This document shows, one piece after another, positions 1 to 12,135 of a stretch of 64,000 bases of DNA. Below the pieces are notes generated by a model. The model searched no databases. It was not told the DNA's origin and worked only from the letters and a program-made list of their open reading frames with translations. Source of the stretch: an uncultured Neptuniibacter sp. (GTDB lineage: Bacteria; Pseudomonadota; Gammaproteobacteria; Pseudomonadales; Balneatricaceae); assembly GCF_947498015.1 (NCBI RefSeq), contig NZ_CANMIR010000005.1:97551-161550 (forward strand). Direction: 5' to 3'. The position numbers were made by a program, and so were the translations under genes. Every line of letters starts with the position of its first letter. Position 1 is the first letter of the stretch.

Positions 1-3000
1 CCTATTGCTAAAGATACACTGCCCTTGATTGAGCAGGTATTCATCACTTCGGATGGTAAGAGTGAGCGAGAACTGGCTATTAGCTTGTTCGTTGCGCGCC
101 GTAAAGCCGAAATCGCAATGGCTGCGGAAGAAGATTTCTACATCTGTAGTTTCTCAGACAAGGTTATCTCTTATAAGGGACTGACCATGCCGGTTGACCT
201 GCCAGTCTTCTATAAAGACTTGGCAGATCCGCGATTGGAAACTGCGGTATGTACCTACCATCAGCGATTTTCTACTAACACTGCACCGCGTTGGCCTCTG
301 GCTCAACCATTCCGCTTCTTAGCTCATAATGGTGAGATTAATACTGTTGAGGGTAACCGTAACTGGGCGAAAGCACGTGCTAGTAAGTTCGCTACTAAGC
401 AGCTACCAAACCTTGACGAGTTGCAGCCGATTGTAAATACGACAGGTTCTGATTCGTCCAGCATGGACAATATGCTGGAGTTCCTGTTGGTAGGCGGTAT
501 GGATATCTACCGTGCTGTTCGTATGATCGTTCCACCAGCTTGGCAGAATGTTGATACGATGGATGCGGATCTGCGTGCATTCTATGACTACAACTCTATG
601 CACATGGAGCCATGGGATGGCCCTGCGGGAATGGTTATGACAGATGGTCGTTTTGCTGTCTGTATGCTAGACCGAAATGGTTTGCGCCCGTCTCGTTGGG
701 TTATGACCAAGCAGGGATATATCTGTACGGCTTCTGAAATCGGTGTCTTCAGCTATCAGCCTGAAGATATTGTTGCTCAGGGGCGTGTCGGACCAGGTCA
801 GATTCTGGCTATTGATACTGAAACAGGCGATGTGCTGCATACTCGTGATGTGGATAATCGTCTGAAATCTGCTCAGCCGTATAAAAAATGGTTGAGAGAG
901 AACGCTCTGCGTCTTGAGCAGACTATGAGCCTCGACGAAGAGTCTAAATCATTCCGCGAAATGTCAGCGGATGAGATTAAGACCTATATGAAGATGTTCC
1001 AGGTCACTTTCGAAGAGCGAGACCAGATTCTGCGTCCACTTGGCGAAAGTGGTATGGAAGCGATCGGTTCTATGGGTGATGACAAGCCAATGGCTGTTCT
1101 GTCTCATCGTGTACGCTCGATCTACGATTACTTCCGTCAGCAGTTTGCTCAGGTAACCAATCCACCGATCGACCCGTTGCGTGAAGCGATTGTGATGTCG
1201 TTGGAGACATGTATCGGTGCTGAGCGTAATGTCTTTGAAGAGACGCCGGAACATGCCCGTCGCGTTATTCTGACAACGCCTGTACTCTCTGCCAGCAAAT
1301 TTAATCGTTTGCGTGATAATCAGGAGCAGGGTTTCGACGTTGCTCAGATCGATCTGAATTATGATGCTGCGACGCAGTCGCTCGAAAGCGCTATCGAAGG
1401 TATTGCAGATCAGGCAGAGCAGGCTGTACGCGATGGTAAAGTCATCCTTATTCTTACAGATGCAGGTATTGCGCGTGGTAGTTTGCCAGTTCATGCTGCA
1501 TTAGCGACCGGTGCTGTTCACCATCGCCTGCTCGATAAGGGGTTGCGTAGTGATGCGAATATCGTGGTAGAGAGTGGCACCGTCCGTGACCCTCATCATT
1601 TCGCTGTTCTATTTGGGTTTGGTGCAACAGCAGTATATCCATATCTTGCATACCGTGTACTGAATGACCTTTGTGCGGCAGGAGAGATCCAGATTGATCC
1701 TCTGCAGTCTCATGAGAACTACCGCAAAGGGATTAACAAGGGCTTGATGAAGATCCTGTCTAAGATGGGTATCTCCACAATTGCCTCCTATCGCGGTGCG
1801 CAGTTGTTTGAAGCGATCGGCCTGAGTTCGGAAGTTGTTGATCTCTGCTTCAAAGGTGTGACCAGCCGAATTGAAGGTGCACGCTTTGAAGACTTCCAGT
1901 TTGAACAAGGCTTGCTGGCTAAGGAAGCCTGGACTGCGCGCAAGCCTATTCAGGCTGGTGGCTTGTTAAAGTATAAGCATGACAGCGAGTATCACGCATA
2001 CAACCCGGACGTTGTACGTACTATTCATGAAGCGGTAGAAACCGGAAGTCAGGATGCGTATCAGCGCTATGCTGACCTGGTTAATAACCGTGGATATGCG
2101 ACCCTGCGTGACATGTTAGGTCTGCGTAAAGATGTGAAATCTATTTCAATCGATGAAGTTGAGCCGATTGAAAATATCTTCCCTCGCTTTGACTCGGCGG
2201 CGATGTCTCTGGGTGCTCTTTCACCTGAAGCGCATGAAGCATTGGCTGTTGCCATGAATGAGCTGGGCGGGCGCTCTAACTCTGGCGAAGGTGGTGAAGA
2301 TGAGGCGCGTCATGGCACCATGAAGCGTTCTAAGATTAAACAAGTGGCTTCAGGACGTTTTGGTGTAACCCCAGAATATCTGTCTAACGCAGAAGTTATG
2401 CAGATTAAGGTTGCTCAGGGTGCGAAGCCGGGTGAAGGTGGGCAGCTACCAGGTGGTAAAGTTAATAGCCTTATTGCCCGACTACGCTACTCTGTCCCTG
2501 GTGTTACGCTAATTTCGCCACCACCGCATCATGATATCTATTCGATTGAAGATCTGGCGCAGCTGATCTTCGATCTTAAGCAAGTTAACCCTGAAGCGCT
2601 GGTATCCGTAAAACTGGTATCACGCCCAGGTGTAGGTACGATCGCTTGTGGTGTAGCCAAAGCATATGCTGACCTGATCACCATTTCGGGTTATGACGGC
2701 GGTACAGCGGCGTCACCTATGACCTCTATTCACTATGCGGGTTCCCCTTGGGAGCTGGGTCTGGCAGATGCGCATCAGTCTCTACGTGGTAACCAGCTAC
2801 GTGGCTCTGTTCGTCTACAGACGGATGGTGGTTTGAAAACAGGTCTGGATGTTATTAAGGGCGCTATTCTGGGTGCTGAAAGCTTCGGCTTCGGAACCAT
2901 GCCTATGGTAGCCCTGGGTTGTAAGTACCTACGCATTTGTCACCTGAATAACTGTGCGACCGGTGTTGCCACTCAGAATGATAAGCTTCGAGAAGAGCAT

Positions 3001-4059
3001 TTCCGTGGCACAGTTGAGATGGTTAAGAACTTCTTCCGATTTGTCGCTCAAGAGACGCGTCAACTGATGGCACAGTTGGGTGTGCGCACAATGGAAGAGC
3101 TGGTGGGTCGTGTTGATCTGCTGGAGGTACTTGAGGGTGAAACTTCACGTCAGAAGAATCTGGATCTGTCTCCGATTCTGGCATCTGCTGGTGAGGAGTT
3201 CCCTAATACATGTCAGGTTGAACGCAACGAGCCATATGATACGGCAGAGCTGAACACTCAGATGATTCAGCTCGCACAGGCTGCAATCGAAGGTAAGCAG
3301 GGCGGTGAATGGGAGTTAACCATTACCAACTGTGACCGTTCTGTAGGTGCGCGTACCTCCGGTGCTATTGCAAAAGCGCATGGCAACCTGGGTATGAATG
3401 ACAAGCCGATCACCTTTAAGTTCAAAGGGCACGCAGGTCAATCTCTGGGTGTTTGGAACGCGGGCGGACAGAATCTGTACCTTGAAGGTGATGCTAACGA
3501 TTATGTTGGTAAAGGTATGGCTGGCGGTAAGATTGTTATCCGTCCATTTGATGAAGTTACATTTAAATCAAATGAAACTTCTATCATGGGTAATACCTGT
3601 TTGTACGGCGCTACTGGTGGTAAGTTGTTTGCTGCGGGTCAGGCGGGTGAGCGTTTCGCTGTCCGTAACTCCGGTGTACATGCCGTTGTCGAAGGAGCGG
3701 GTGACCACTGCTGCGAATATATGACAGGTGGTATGGTGACTGTCCTTGGTCCGACTGGCTATAACTTCGGTGCAGGTATGACCGGTGGTTTTGCTTATGT
3801 GTTGGATTTGGACAACAGCTTTGTGGATAAGTACAACCACGAGCTGGTAGAGATTCAGCGCATCCACACTGAAAATATGGAAGCTTATAAAAATCATCTG
3901 CGCTCAGTGATCATCGAATTCACTAAGGAAACAGGTAGTGCTTGGGGTCAGGAGATTGTTGATAATCTTGATGACTTCATCGGTAAGTTCTGGCTGGTTA
4001 AGCCTAAAGCTGCAAGCTTGAATGACCTGTTGGTAAATATCCGTACGCGCCCTGAGTAA
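1..4059 (+). CDS. gltB: Glutamate synthase large subunit (5' end lies upstream of the window)
   Basis: Frame is open from base 1 to TAA at 4057-4059. Motifs [35 protein letters not shown] and the 3Fe-4S motif CHLNNCATG. Confidence 0.98.
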   Translation, partial: PIAKDTLPLIEQVFITSDGKSERELAISLFVARRKAEIAMAAEEDFYICSFSDKVISYKGLTMPVDLPVFYKDLADPRLETAVCTYHQRFSTNTAPRWPLAQPFRFLAHNGEINTVEGNRNWAKARASKFATKQLPNLDELQPIVNTTGSDSSSMDNMLEFLLVGGMDIYRAVRMIVPPAWQNVDTMDADLRAFYDYNSMHMEPWDGPAGMVMTDGRFAVCMLDRNGLRPSRWVMTKQGYICTASEIGVFSYQPEDIVAQGRVGPGQILAIDTETGDVLHTRDVDNRLKSAQPYKKWLRENALRLEQTMSLDEESKSFREMSADEIKTYMKMFQVTFEERDQILRPLGESGMEAIGSMGDDKPMAVLSHRVRSIYDYFRQQFAQVTNPPIDPLREAIVMSLETCIGAERNVFEETPEHARRVILTTPVLSASKFNRLRDNQEQGFDVAQIDLNYDAATQSLESAIEGIADQAEQAVRDGKVILILTDAGIARGSLPVHAALATGAVHHRLLDKGLRSDANIVVESGTVRDPHHFAVLFGFGATAVYPYLAYRVLNDLCAAGEIQIDPLQSHENYRKGINKGLMKILSKMGISTIASYRGAQLFEAIGLSSEVVDLCFKGVTSRIEGARFEDFQFEQGLLAKEAWTARKPIQAGGLLKYKHDSEYHAYNPDVVRTIHEAVETGSQDAYQRYADLVNNRGYATLRDMLGLRKDVKSISIDEVEPIENIFPRFDSAAMSLGALSPEAHEALAVAMNELGGRSNSGEGGEDEARHGTMKRSKIKQVASGRFGVTPEYLSNAEVMQIKVAQGAKPGEGGQLPGGKVNSLIARLRYSVPGVTLISPPPHHDIYSIEDLAQLIFDLKQVNPEALVSVKLVSRPGVGTIACGVAKAYADLITISGYDGGTAASPMTSIHYAGSPWELGLADAHQSLRGNQLRGSVRLQTDGGLKTGLDVIKGAILGAESFGFGTMPMVALGCKYLRICHLNNCATGVATQNDKLREEHFRGTVEMVKNFFRFVAQETRQLMAQLGVRTMEELVGRVDLLEVLEGETSRQKNLDLSPILASAGEEFPNTCQVERNEPYDTAELNTQMIQLAQAAIEGKQGGEWELTITNCDRSVGARTSGAIAKAHGNLGMNDKPITFKFKGHAGQSLGVWNAGGQNLYLEGDANDYVGKGMAGGKIVIRPFDEVTFKSNETSIMGNTCLYGATGGKLFAAGQAGERFAVRNSGVHAVVEGAGDHCCEYMTGGMVTVLGPTGYNFGAGMTGGFAYVLDLDNSFVDKYNHELVEIQRIHTENMEAYKNHLRSVIIEFTKETGSAWGQEIVDNLDDFIGKFWLVKPKAASLNDLLVNIRTRPE

Positions 4060-4092
4060 CAGAGTGTACGTAAAGCAGATGAAGAGTAATTT

Positions 4093-4124
4093 GCAGCTGC
4101 CTTAGCCTTGTTTAAGGTAGCTGC
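4093..4124 (+). other. Intercistronic stem-loop between gltB and gltD
   Basis: gcagctgcctta-N8-taaggtagctgc forms a 12-bp stem with one G-U pair and no U-tract; more likely an mRNA stabiliser than a terminator. Confidence 0.55.
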
Positions 4125-4130
4125 CATTAA

Positions 4131-5564
<1,434 letters not shown>

Positions 5565-5581
5565 TCCGGTACATTGATATT

Positions 5582-5606
5582 AAAGGCCGCCTCAGCGGCC
5601 TTTTTT
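5582..5606 (+). terminator. Intrinsic terminator of gltBD
   Basis: aaaggccgc-ctca-gcggcctttttt. Confidence 0.85.
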
Positions 5607-5693
5607 ATGGTCTAAAGAGGGCACGCATTTCTGTGCAGAAATCGCTAGAATATGCGCAATTTATTTTTGACTGAACAGATGGCTGAATAACCC

Positions 5694-6761
5694 ATGGCTG
5701 AATTAAAAAATGATCGTTTTTTGCGTGCGCTATTGCGTGAACCTGTAGATGCAACACCGGTATGGATGATGCGACAGGCGGGGCGTTACCTTCCAGAGTA
5801 TCGTGAAACACGCGCACAGGCTGGCGACTTTCTGAGCTTGTGTAAAAATAAAGAGCTGGCATGCGAAGTGACGATTCAGCCTTTAGAGCGTTATGACCTG
5901 GATGCCGCTATTCTTTTCTCTGACATTCTTACAATCCCTGATGCGATGGGGTTGGGATTGTATTTTGAAGTGGGTGAAGGCCCTCGATTCAAAAAGATTA
6001 TCCGCACCGAGAAGGATGTGGCTGATCTGCCTGTTCCTGATGCGGCGAAAGATCTTGATTATGTGATGAATGCGGTTAAAGAGATCCGTCGTGAACTCAA
6101 TGGTCGTGTTCCTCTGATCGGGTTCTCTGGTAGTCCGTGGACGCTGGCAACCTACATGGTTGAAGGTGGATCCAGCAAGGATTTCCGTCATATAAAACAG
6201 ATGATGTATGCCACACCAGAAATCATGCACGCGTTGCTTGATAAGCTGGCTCAATCAGTCACAACCTATCTGAATGAACAGATTCTAAGCGGTGCTCAGG
6301 CTGTTCAGATCTTTGACACATGGGGTGGTGCACTCAGTGGTCCATGTTATGAAGAGTTCTCGCTTAAATACATGAAACAGATTGTGGATGGTCTGATTCG
6401 AGAGCGCGATGGGCGTAAGGTCCCTGTTATTCTCTTTACCAAGAATGGCGGTCAGTGGTTGGAAAAAATGGCGGAAGCCGGTTCAGATGCGCTAGGACTG
6501 GACTGGACAACTGATATAGGCAATGCACGTAACCGCGTTGGCGATAAAGTTGCTCTGCAGGGTAATATGGATCCGAGTGTGCTATATGCGCCGGCTAGCC
6601 GTATTGAGCAGGAGGTTGAATTTATCTTGGGCCAGTACGGTCATGGTGCAGGTCATGTATTTAACCTGGGCCATGGTATTCATCAGTTTGTGGACCCGGC
6701 TCAGCCGAAAGCATTTGTCGATGCGGTGCATGAATTAAGCGCCAAGTATCATCAATCCTGA
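5694..6761 (+). CDS. hemE: Uroporphyrinogen decarboxylase
   Basis: [24 protein letters not shown] and FNLGHGI motifs. Confidence 0.98.
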   Translation: MAELKNDRFLRALLREPVDATPVWMMRQAGRYLPEYRETRAQAGDFLSLCKNKELACEVTIQPLERYDLDAAILFSDILTIPDAMGLGLYFEVGEGPRFKKIIRTEKDVADLPVPDAAKDLDYVMNAVKEIRRELNGRVPLIGFSGSPWTLATYMVEGGSSKDFRHIKQMMYATPEIMHALLDKLAQSVTTYLNEQILSGAQAVQIFDTWGGALSGPCYEEFSLKYMKQIVDGLIRERDGRKVPVILFTKNGGQWLEKMAEAGSDALGLDWTTDIGNARNRVGDKVALQGNMDPSVLYAPASRIEQEVEFILGQYGHGAGHVFNLGHGIHQFVDPAQPKAFVDAVHELSAKYHQS

Positions 6762-6771
6762 AATCTTATAT

Positions 6772-6793
6772 AGAGGGCGATTGCCCTCTTTTT
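6772..6793 (+). terminator. Intrinsic terminator after hemE
   Basis: agagggc-gatt-gccctct followed by a T run. Confidence 0.7.
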
Positions 6794-6808
6794 GCAAAAG
6801 TAATAACC

Positions 6809-7537
6809 ATGAAAAGGCTAACAGAATTACTAGAAAAGAATCGTGAATGGGCGGATAAGATTAATCAGGAAGATCCGCTTTTTTTCGAAACCTTAGCGCA
6901 GCAACAGGCGCCTGAGTATTTGTGGATCGGCTGCTCCGATAGCAGGGTTCCCGCCAATGAGATCGTTGATATGCTGCCCGGTGAGCTTTTTGTCCACCGA
7001 AATGTGGCCAACGTTGTCGTACACACCGATATGAACTGTCTCTCGGTAATACAGTACGCTGTAGAGGTGCTCAAAGTTAAACATATCATGGTCGTTGGGC
7101 ATTATGGCTGCGGAGGTGTTGCGGCTTCCATCGAACAAGAAGCGCATGGGTTGATCGATAACTGGCTGCGGAATATTCGCCGTGTTTTCCAGAAGCATAG
7201 TGATTTTCTCTCCGTCTGGGATCACTCTCATCAGCAGTTGGATCGTCTGTGTGAGCTCAATGTAATTGAGCAGTCAGTCAATGTCTGTGAAACCACCATT
7301 GTTCAACAAGCTTGGGAGAATGGTCAGGATCTGACCGTTCATGGTTGGATCTATGGATTGAGTGACGGTCTTGTTAATGATCTTGAGTTCAATGCGTCAG
7401 GAATCGCCGAGGTAGAGGAACAATATCAGTTGGCGATGAGCAAGATGAATAAGCTTCGAGAGTTGGCTGAGGCATCTGATAAAGGGCAGCAGAGTCCCCG
7501 AAGCCTCTGGGATAAGGTTAAGTCTATCTTCAACTAA
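6809..7537 (+). CDS. can: Beta-class carbonic anhydrase
   Basis: WIGCSDSRVP, HRNVAN and GHYGCGGV Zn-ligand motifs. Confidence 0.95.
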   Translation: MKRLTELLEKNREWADKINQEDPLFFETLAQQQAPEYLWIGCSDSRVPANEIVDMLPGELFVHRNVANVVVHTDMNCLSVIQYAVEVLKVKHIMVVGHYGCGGVAASIEQEAHGLIDNWLRNIRRVFQKHSDFLSVWDHSHQQLDRLCELNVIEQSVNVCETTIVQQAWENGQDLTVHGWIYGLSDGLVNDLEFNASGIAEVEEQYQLAMSKMNKLRELAEASDKGQQSPRSLWDKVKSIFN

Positions 7538-7565
7538 AAAAGGCCGCATTGAATGCGGCCTTTTT
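7536..7565. terminator. Bidirectional terminator between can and metY
   Basis: aaaaaaggccgcatt-g-aatgcggccttttt between convergent genes. Confidence 0.9.
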
Positions 7566-7584
7566 GCTGTATTAAGCAGAATAA

Positions 7585-8862
7585 TTACTGTTTGACAGCT
7601 GCCAGAGCCTGGTCAAGATCGGCCAGAAGGTCATCAATATGTTCAATACCGACCGATAAGCGAACCATCTCAGGTGACACGCCCGCAGAGGCAAGCTCTT
7701 CATCGTTTAGCTGACGGTGAGTTGTCTCGGCTGGAATGGAAGCAAGAGATTTACAATCACCAATATTGACCAGTCTCAGGAAGATCTGCAGTGCATCGTA
7801 GAACTTACGTGTACCTTCACGACCTGATTTTACGCCAAAGCTGAGGATGCCAGAGGCTTGGCCGTCCATATATTTTTTCGCAAGGGCGTAGTCTTTGTGG
7901 CTTTCCAGGCCAGCATATTTAACCCATTTGACCTCTTCATGGTTTTCCAGGAACTGAGCAACTTTCTGTGTGTTCTCATTAATGCGTTCCATGCGCAGCG
8001 CAAGTGTTTCCAGCCCCTGAAGCAATAAGAATGCGTTCATCGGGCTGAGGGCTGCACCCATATTGCGCAGTGGAACTACTCGGCAGCGACCAATAAAGGC
8101 TGCTGGACCAAAAGCTTCAGTGTAAACAACGCCGTGATAAGAGACATCAGGAGTATTGAGCAGAGGGAAACGTTCAGCGTTGTCAGCCCAGGGGAAGTTA
8201 CCTGAATCGATAATTACGCCACCAATGGAATTGCCGTGTCCGCCAATATATTTTGTAGCCGCCTGCACGACGATATCTGCGCCATGTTCGATTGGGCGCC
8301 ACATTGCCGGGCTGGGCACTGTGTTGTCTACAATTAGTGGAATCCCGTTGCGGTGTGCAACTTCAGCGAGCTTTTCAATATCAGCAATTCCGCCGGATGG
8401 GTTACCAACTGATTCACAGTAAATACCTTTTGTACGTTCATCAATCTGAGCTTCAATCGCAGCAAAATCATCTTTATTGACGAAGCGGCATTCGATGCCC
8501 TGTCGTGGAAGAGTGTGTGCGAACAGGTTGTAGGTGCCACCGTAGAGTTCGCTGGTTGAGATAAAGTTATCCCCAGTTTCTGCCAGTGTCTGGATGGTGT
8601 AAGTGATCGCGGACATACCAGAGGCGACAGCCAGAGCAGCGATACCGCCCTCCATCTCAGCAACGCGTTTTTCCAGAACGTCAGTCGTTGGATTCATGAT
8701 GCGTGTATAGATGTTGCCTTGTACTTTCAGGTCAAACAGATCGGCACCATGTTGAGCATCATCAAAGGCATAGGATGTAGTCTGATAGACCGGTACAGCA
8801 ACTGATTTTGTGGTTGGGTCTGGCTCGTATCCACCGTGGACTGCTACGGTTTCCAGTTTCAT
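7585..8862 (-). CDS. metY: O-acetylhomoserine aminocarboxypropyltransferase / cysteine synthase (PLP-dependent)
   Basis: VPVYQTTSY, IYTRIMNPT, QAATKYIGGHG (PLP lysine) and NIGDCKSL motifs. Confidence 0.9.
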   Translation of the reverse strand: MKLETVAVHGGYEPDPTTKSVAVPVYQTTSYAFDDAQHGADLFDLKVQGNIYTRIMNPTTDVLEKRVAEMEGGIAALAVASGMSAITYTIQTLAETGDNFISTSELYGGTYNLFAHTLPRQGIECRFVNKDDFAAIEAQIDERTKGIYCESVGNPSGGIADIEKLAEVAHRNGIPLIVDNTVPSPAMWRPIEHGADIVVQAATKYIGGHGNSIGGVIIDSGNFPWADNAERFPLLNTPDVSYHGVVYTEAFGPAAFIGRCRVVPLRNMGAALSPMNAFLLLQGLETLALRMERINENTQKVAQFLENHEEVKWVKYAGLESHKDYALAKKYMDGQASGILSFGVKSGREGTRKFYDALQIFLRLVNIGDCKSLASIPAETTHRQLNDEELASAGVSPEMVRLSVGIEHIDDLLADLDQALAAVKQ

Positions 8863-9013
8863 ATGACATCTCCTTTGATGTTCGGGAATACCCTGAATAT
8901 TTTTTGTTAGAGGGTCGATTGTAGTCCAATCATAAAATAAAAAAAGAGCTGTAGGTTATAAGGTTTAGGTTGGGTAGAATTTATCGGATCAGGAACCGGT
9001 TCGGAGTGACTTA

Positions 9014-10393
9014 ATGGCGCGGCAGAAAACAGCCTACGTATGTAATGACTGTGGAGCAGATTATACCAAGTGGCAGGGGCAGTGTACCGCTTGTAACGCC
9101 TGGAATACCCTAGCTGAAGTTCGTTTGGCGTCAGCTAAAACAGCCTCAAGTGAGGCGCGAAATGTCAGATTTGATGGCTATGCCGGCGGTGCGGGTAAGC
9201 AAGCGGTTGTCAATCTGTCGGATGTCGCTTTGGAGGCGATGCCGCGTTTCTCATCCGGGGCGGGCGAATTGGATCGTGTGCTTGGTGGTGGATTGGTGCC
9301 TGGTTCTGCGGTCTTGATGGGGGGGCATCCTGGTGCAGGTAAAAGTACCCTGTTGTTGCAAACTATGTGTTATCTGGCTGCGCAGATGCCGGCGCTATAT
9401 GTTACGGGGGAGGAGTCTTTGCAGCAGGTTGCCATGCGGGCTAACCGTCTGGGGCTGCCGACAGATAAGTTGAAGATGTTATCTGAAACCAGTGTTGAGA
9501 CTATCTGCGATGTTGCACAGCAGCTGCAGCCGAAGGTAATGGTGATCGATTCGATTCAGGTTATGCACATGGCTGAAGTTCAGTCTGCACCGGGGTCAGT
9601 GTCTCAGGTAAGAGAGTCTGCAGCGTATCTGACTCGATATGCTAAGCAAACGGGAACGGTGCTGTTTCTCGTTGGTCATGTCACCAAAGATGGCAGTTTG
9701 GCGGGACCTAAGGTGCTGGAGCATATGATCGACTGCTCTTTACAGCTTGAAGGATCATCAGACTCTCGTTTCCGTACCCTTCGTTCTCACAAAAACCGCT
9801 TTGGTGCGGTGAATGAGCTGGGGGTCTTTGCGATGTTGGAGCATGGACTGAAAGAGGTTAAAAACCCAAGCTCTATTTTTCTTAGTCGGGCAGAAGGCCC
9901 GAGCCCCGGTAGCGTAGTCATGGTGGTATGGGAGGGGACCCGTCCTCTCTTAGTTGAAGTGCAAGCATTGGTTGATCAGTCACATATGAATAATCCAAGG
10001 CGCGTGGCGGTCGGGTTAGAGCAGAATCGGATGGCGATGCTGTTAGCTGTACTTCATCGTCACGGTGGTTTGATGACGGGTGATCAGGATGTTTTTGTCA
10101 ATGTGGTGGGAGGGGTCAAAGTACTTGAAACCAGCGCGGACCTTGCATTGTTGATGGCTGTTGTATCCAGTTTTCGTGATCAATCATTACCGCATGATCT
10201 GATGGTGTTTGGTGAAGTGGGTTTGTCCGGTGAGATCCGCCCGGTCCCCAATGGACAGGAGCGAATCCGTGAGGCGGCGAAGCATGGCTTTAAGCGCGCA
10301 ATAGTTCCTAAAGGGAATGTGCCTAAAGAGTCGTTACAGGGAATGCAGATTGTACCGGTGACGACCCTTTCAGAGGCATTAGAAGCGCTTTAG
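9014..10393 (+). CDS. radA: DNA repair protein RadA/Sms
   Basis: N-terminal CxxC...CxxC, Walker A GHPGAGKS, KNRFG motif and C-terminal Lon-like domain. Confidence 0.97.
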   Translation: MARQKTAYVCNDCGADYTKWQGQCTACNAWNTLAEVRLASAKTASSEARNVRFDGYAGGAGKQAVVNLSDVALEAMPRFSSGAGELDRVLGGGLVPGSAVLMGGHPGAGKSTLLLQTMCYLAAQMPALYVTGEESLQQVAMRANRLGLPTDKLKMLSETSVETICDVAQQLQPKVMVIDSIQVMHMAEVQSAPGSVSQVRESAAYLTRYAKQTGTVLFLVGHVTKDGSLAGPKVLEHMIDCSLQLEGSSDSRFRTLRSHKNRFGAVNELGVFAMLEHGLKEVKNPSSIFLSRAEGPSPGSVVMVVWEGTRPLLVEVQALVDQSHMNNPRRVAVGLEQNRMAMLLAVLHRHGGLMTGDQDVFVNVVGGVKVLETSADLALLMAVVSSFRDQSLPHDLMVFGEVGLSGEIRPVPNGQERIREAAKHGFKRAIVPKGNVPKESLQGMQIVPVTTLSEALEAL

Positions 10394-10773
10394 TTGGTGG
10401 GCTTGTCTACAAAAAGGTGGTCAAGTTCCCGTTCGAGTAGCTCCTCATCGCCCAGATTCAATTCGACCAGACGGCGCAATAGTGTCAACGAATCCAGATC
10501 AAGATTTTCGATCAGGAAGCCATATTCCTGTGCCTGATCATGGGCTAAGGTGCAGGGGGTTCTTATGGTGATGTCGTCACCGAGAAGGTGGATGACGGCA
10601 GTAACCTGATCGCCTTTTTTAAAAGGTAGAGTCTGATCAGATTTAACCAGAATGCCATTAAACGAGATGTCATGTAGCTGAACATCCCAGCTTCCCCCTT
10701 CACTAACCAGCTCGGTTTTTGCATCAAAGTCGATACGTGTAAAACGGCGGCGTTCAATCTCTGTGTTTGTCAC
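10390..10773 (-). CDS. Single-domain PilZ protein (c-di-GMP receptor)
   Basis: RRRFTR (RxxxR) and DISFNG (DxSxxG) intact; C-terminal LRRLVELNLGD. Its stop overlaps the radA stop. Confidence 0.88.
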   Translation of the reverse strand: MTNTEIERRRFTRIDFDAKTELVSEGGSWDVQLHDISFNGILVKSDQTLPFKKGDQVTAVIHLLGDDITIRTPCTLAHDQAQEYGFLIENLDLDSLTLLRRLVELNLGDEELLERELDHLFVDKPTN

Positions 10774-10962
10774 AATGCAGGTTCCTGTTATTTAACAGTT
10801 GCTTGACCATCTTAGTATAGACCGCAGACTAAAATAAACAGCCAAGCTTAAATTTGTACTAGGCTTATGCATGCTTGCAAGCATTTTTTAAACAAGGTTT
10901 GTTGTGAAGTCTGAGCTGAATCAACACCTTTTTATCCAAAAAACGATAGTATTTAACACCCT

Positions 10963-10976
10963 AACAATAATAACGA
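10963..10976 (+). promoter_or_regulatory. A-rich CA motif (AAnAAnAA), candidate Hfq/Crc translational control site
   Basis: aacaataataacga lies 13 nt upstream of the ATG at 10990. Confidence 0.45.
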
Positions 10977-10989
10977 ACCGAATACACTT

Positions 10990-12084
10990 ATGCTTTTTGA
11001 TACTCTGCTTGATCTCTCTAGTGGGCGTCGTCACTCACGTTATTTTAATCAGACGCGTAGTCACTATCTCTACCGACGTATACGTGTTATCGCACTTATA
11101 TTGGCGCTGATTCAGCCAGCCTGGCTGTTGGTTGATCTTATCCTACTGCCGGAAGATATGGTGCAGTCAATTATGATTGCGAGGGGCAGTGCCGCGTTCG
11201 CCTGCCTGCTGCTGGCAGTATCCAGCTACAAACGCTACAGCTTAAAGTTGGCACAGTTGCGTCTGGTGTTGCTGGTTCTGATTTTGTCTGTGTTTCAGAC
11301 CATATCAAGTTCCCTGCTGATCGCCGAAGGTTATTCCACCTCGGTAGCGGGATATCACTTCTTCCCCTTTATGATCATCACGATGATGGCCATTTTTCCG
11401 CTGTCTATTCTGGAGGTGGTAGGGTTTACCTGTTTCATATTGGCGATAGAGCTGGTGACTCAGTTTTTTCGTCAGACCGTGGGGATGGTTGGTTCTGTGA
11501 ATAACCTGTGGCTGCTCACTGTGTTGGGTGGGATTGCGGGTTGGGCGGCAGTCAATCAGTTGAATATGTTGTTGGGGCTTTATCGTCAGGCGACACGGGA
11601 TCCGCTCACCGGTCTGTCCAACCGCAGGCAGGCGATGGATCAGCTGTCTGGAGATATCAATTTAAGCAGGGAGCAGCAGCAACCGCTGAGTGTTCTGCTG
11701 TTTGATCTGGATAAATTTAAAAGTTTCAACGATACCTATGGTCATGCTGCAGGTGACATTGTCTTGCAGCGGTTCGCCAAGGTGATGCGTCGTCAGGCGC
11801 GTAAGCGTTTAGATCTGGTCTGCCGTTATGGGGGTGAAGAGTTTCTGATGGTTCTGCCGGGCATGGATCGACAGCAGGCGGGTGAGGTAGCGGAGCGCAT
11901 CAGATTGGCTTGTCATGATGAGCAGATTAAAACCCCATCTGGGGAATCTATAGGGTTCTCAACCAGTATCGGTGTGGCTGAGCTGGAGGAGCAGGACTCG
12001 ATTGATTCTCTTTTGCAGCGCTCGGATGATGCGTTGTATGAGGCTAAAGGGCTTGGCCGAGATCAGGTGAAGATCGCTGCATAA
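10990..12084 (+). CDS. Membrane-anchored diguanylate cyclase
   Basis: Several hydrophobic N-terminal helices, then DPLTGLSNRR, DLDKFKSFNDTYGHAAGD and RYGGEEF. Confidence 0.92.
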   Translation: MLFDTLLDLSSGRRHSRYFNQTRSHYLYRRIRVIALILALIQPAWLLVDLILLPEDMVQSIMIARGSAAFACLLLAVSSYKRYSLKLAQLRLVLLVLILSVFQTISSSLLIAEGYSTSVAGYHFFPFMIITMMAIFPLSILEVVGFTCFILAIELVTQFFRQTVGMVGSVNNLWLLTVLGGIAGWAAVNQLNMLLGLYRQATRDPLTGLSNRRQAMDQLSGDINLSREQQQPLSVLLFDLDKFKSFNDTYGHAAGDIVLQRFAKVMRRQARKRLDLVCRYGGEEFLMVLPGMDRQQAGEVAERIRLACHDEQIKTPSGESIGFSTSIGVAELEEQDSIDSLLQRSDDALYEAKGLGRDQVKIAA

Positions 12085-12089
12085 ATCAT

Positions 12090-12118
12090 AAAAAAGCCGA
12101 GGCATCTGCCTCGGCTTT
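12090..12118. terminator. Terminator between the convergent GGDEF gene and ettA
   Basis: aaaaaagccgaggca-tc-tgcctcggcttt; the U-tract is strongest on the minus strand. Confidence 0.85.
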
Positions 12119-12135
12119 ATCAGGTAGCGGTTTAT

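Noticed and set aside
8863-9013. SAM/SAH riboswitch or MetR/CysB site upstream of metY
   Set aside because: The sequence is AT-rich with no riboswitch consensus, and LysR-type boxes are too degenerate to call by eye.
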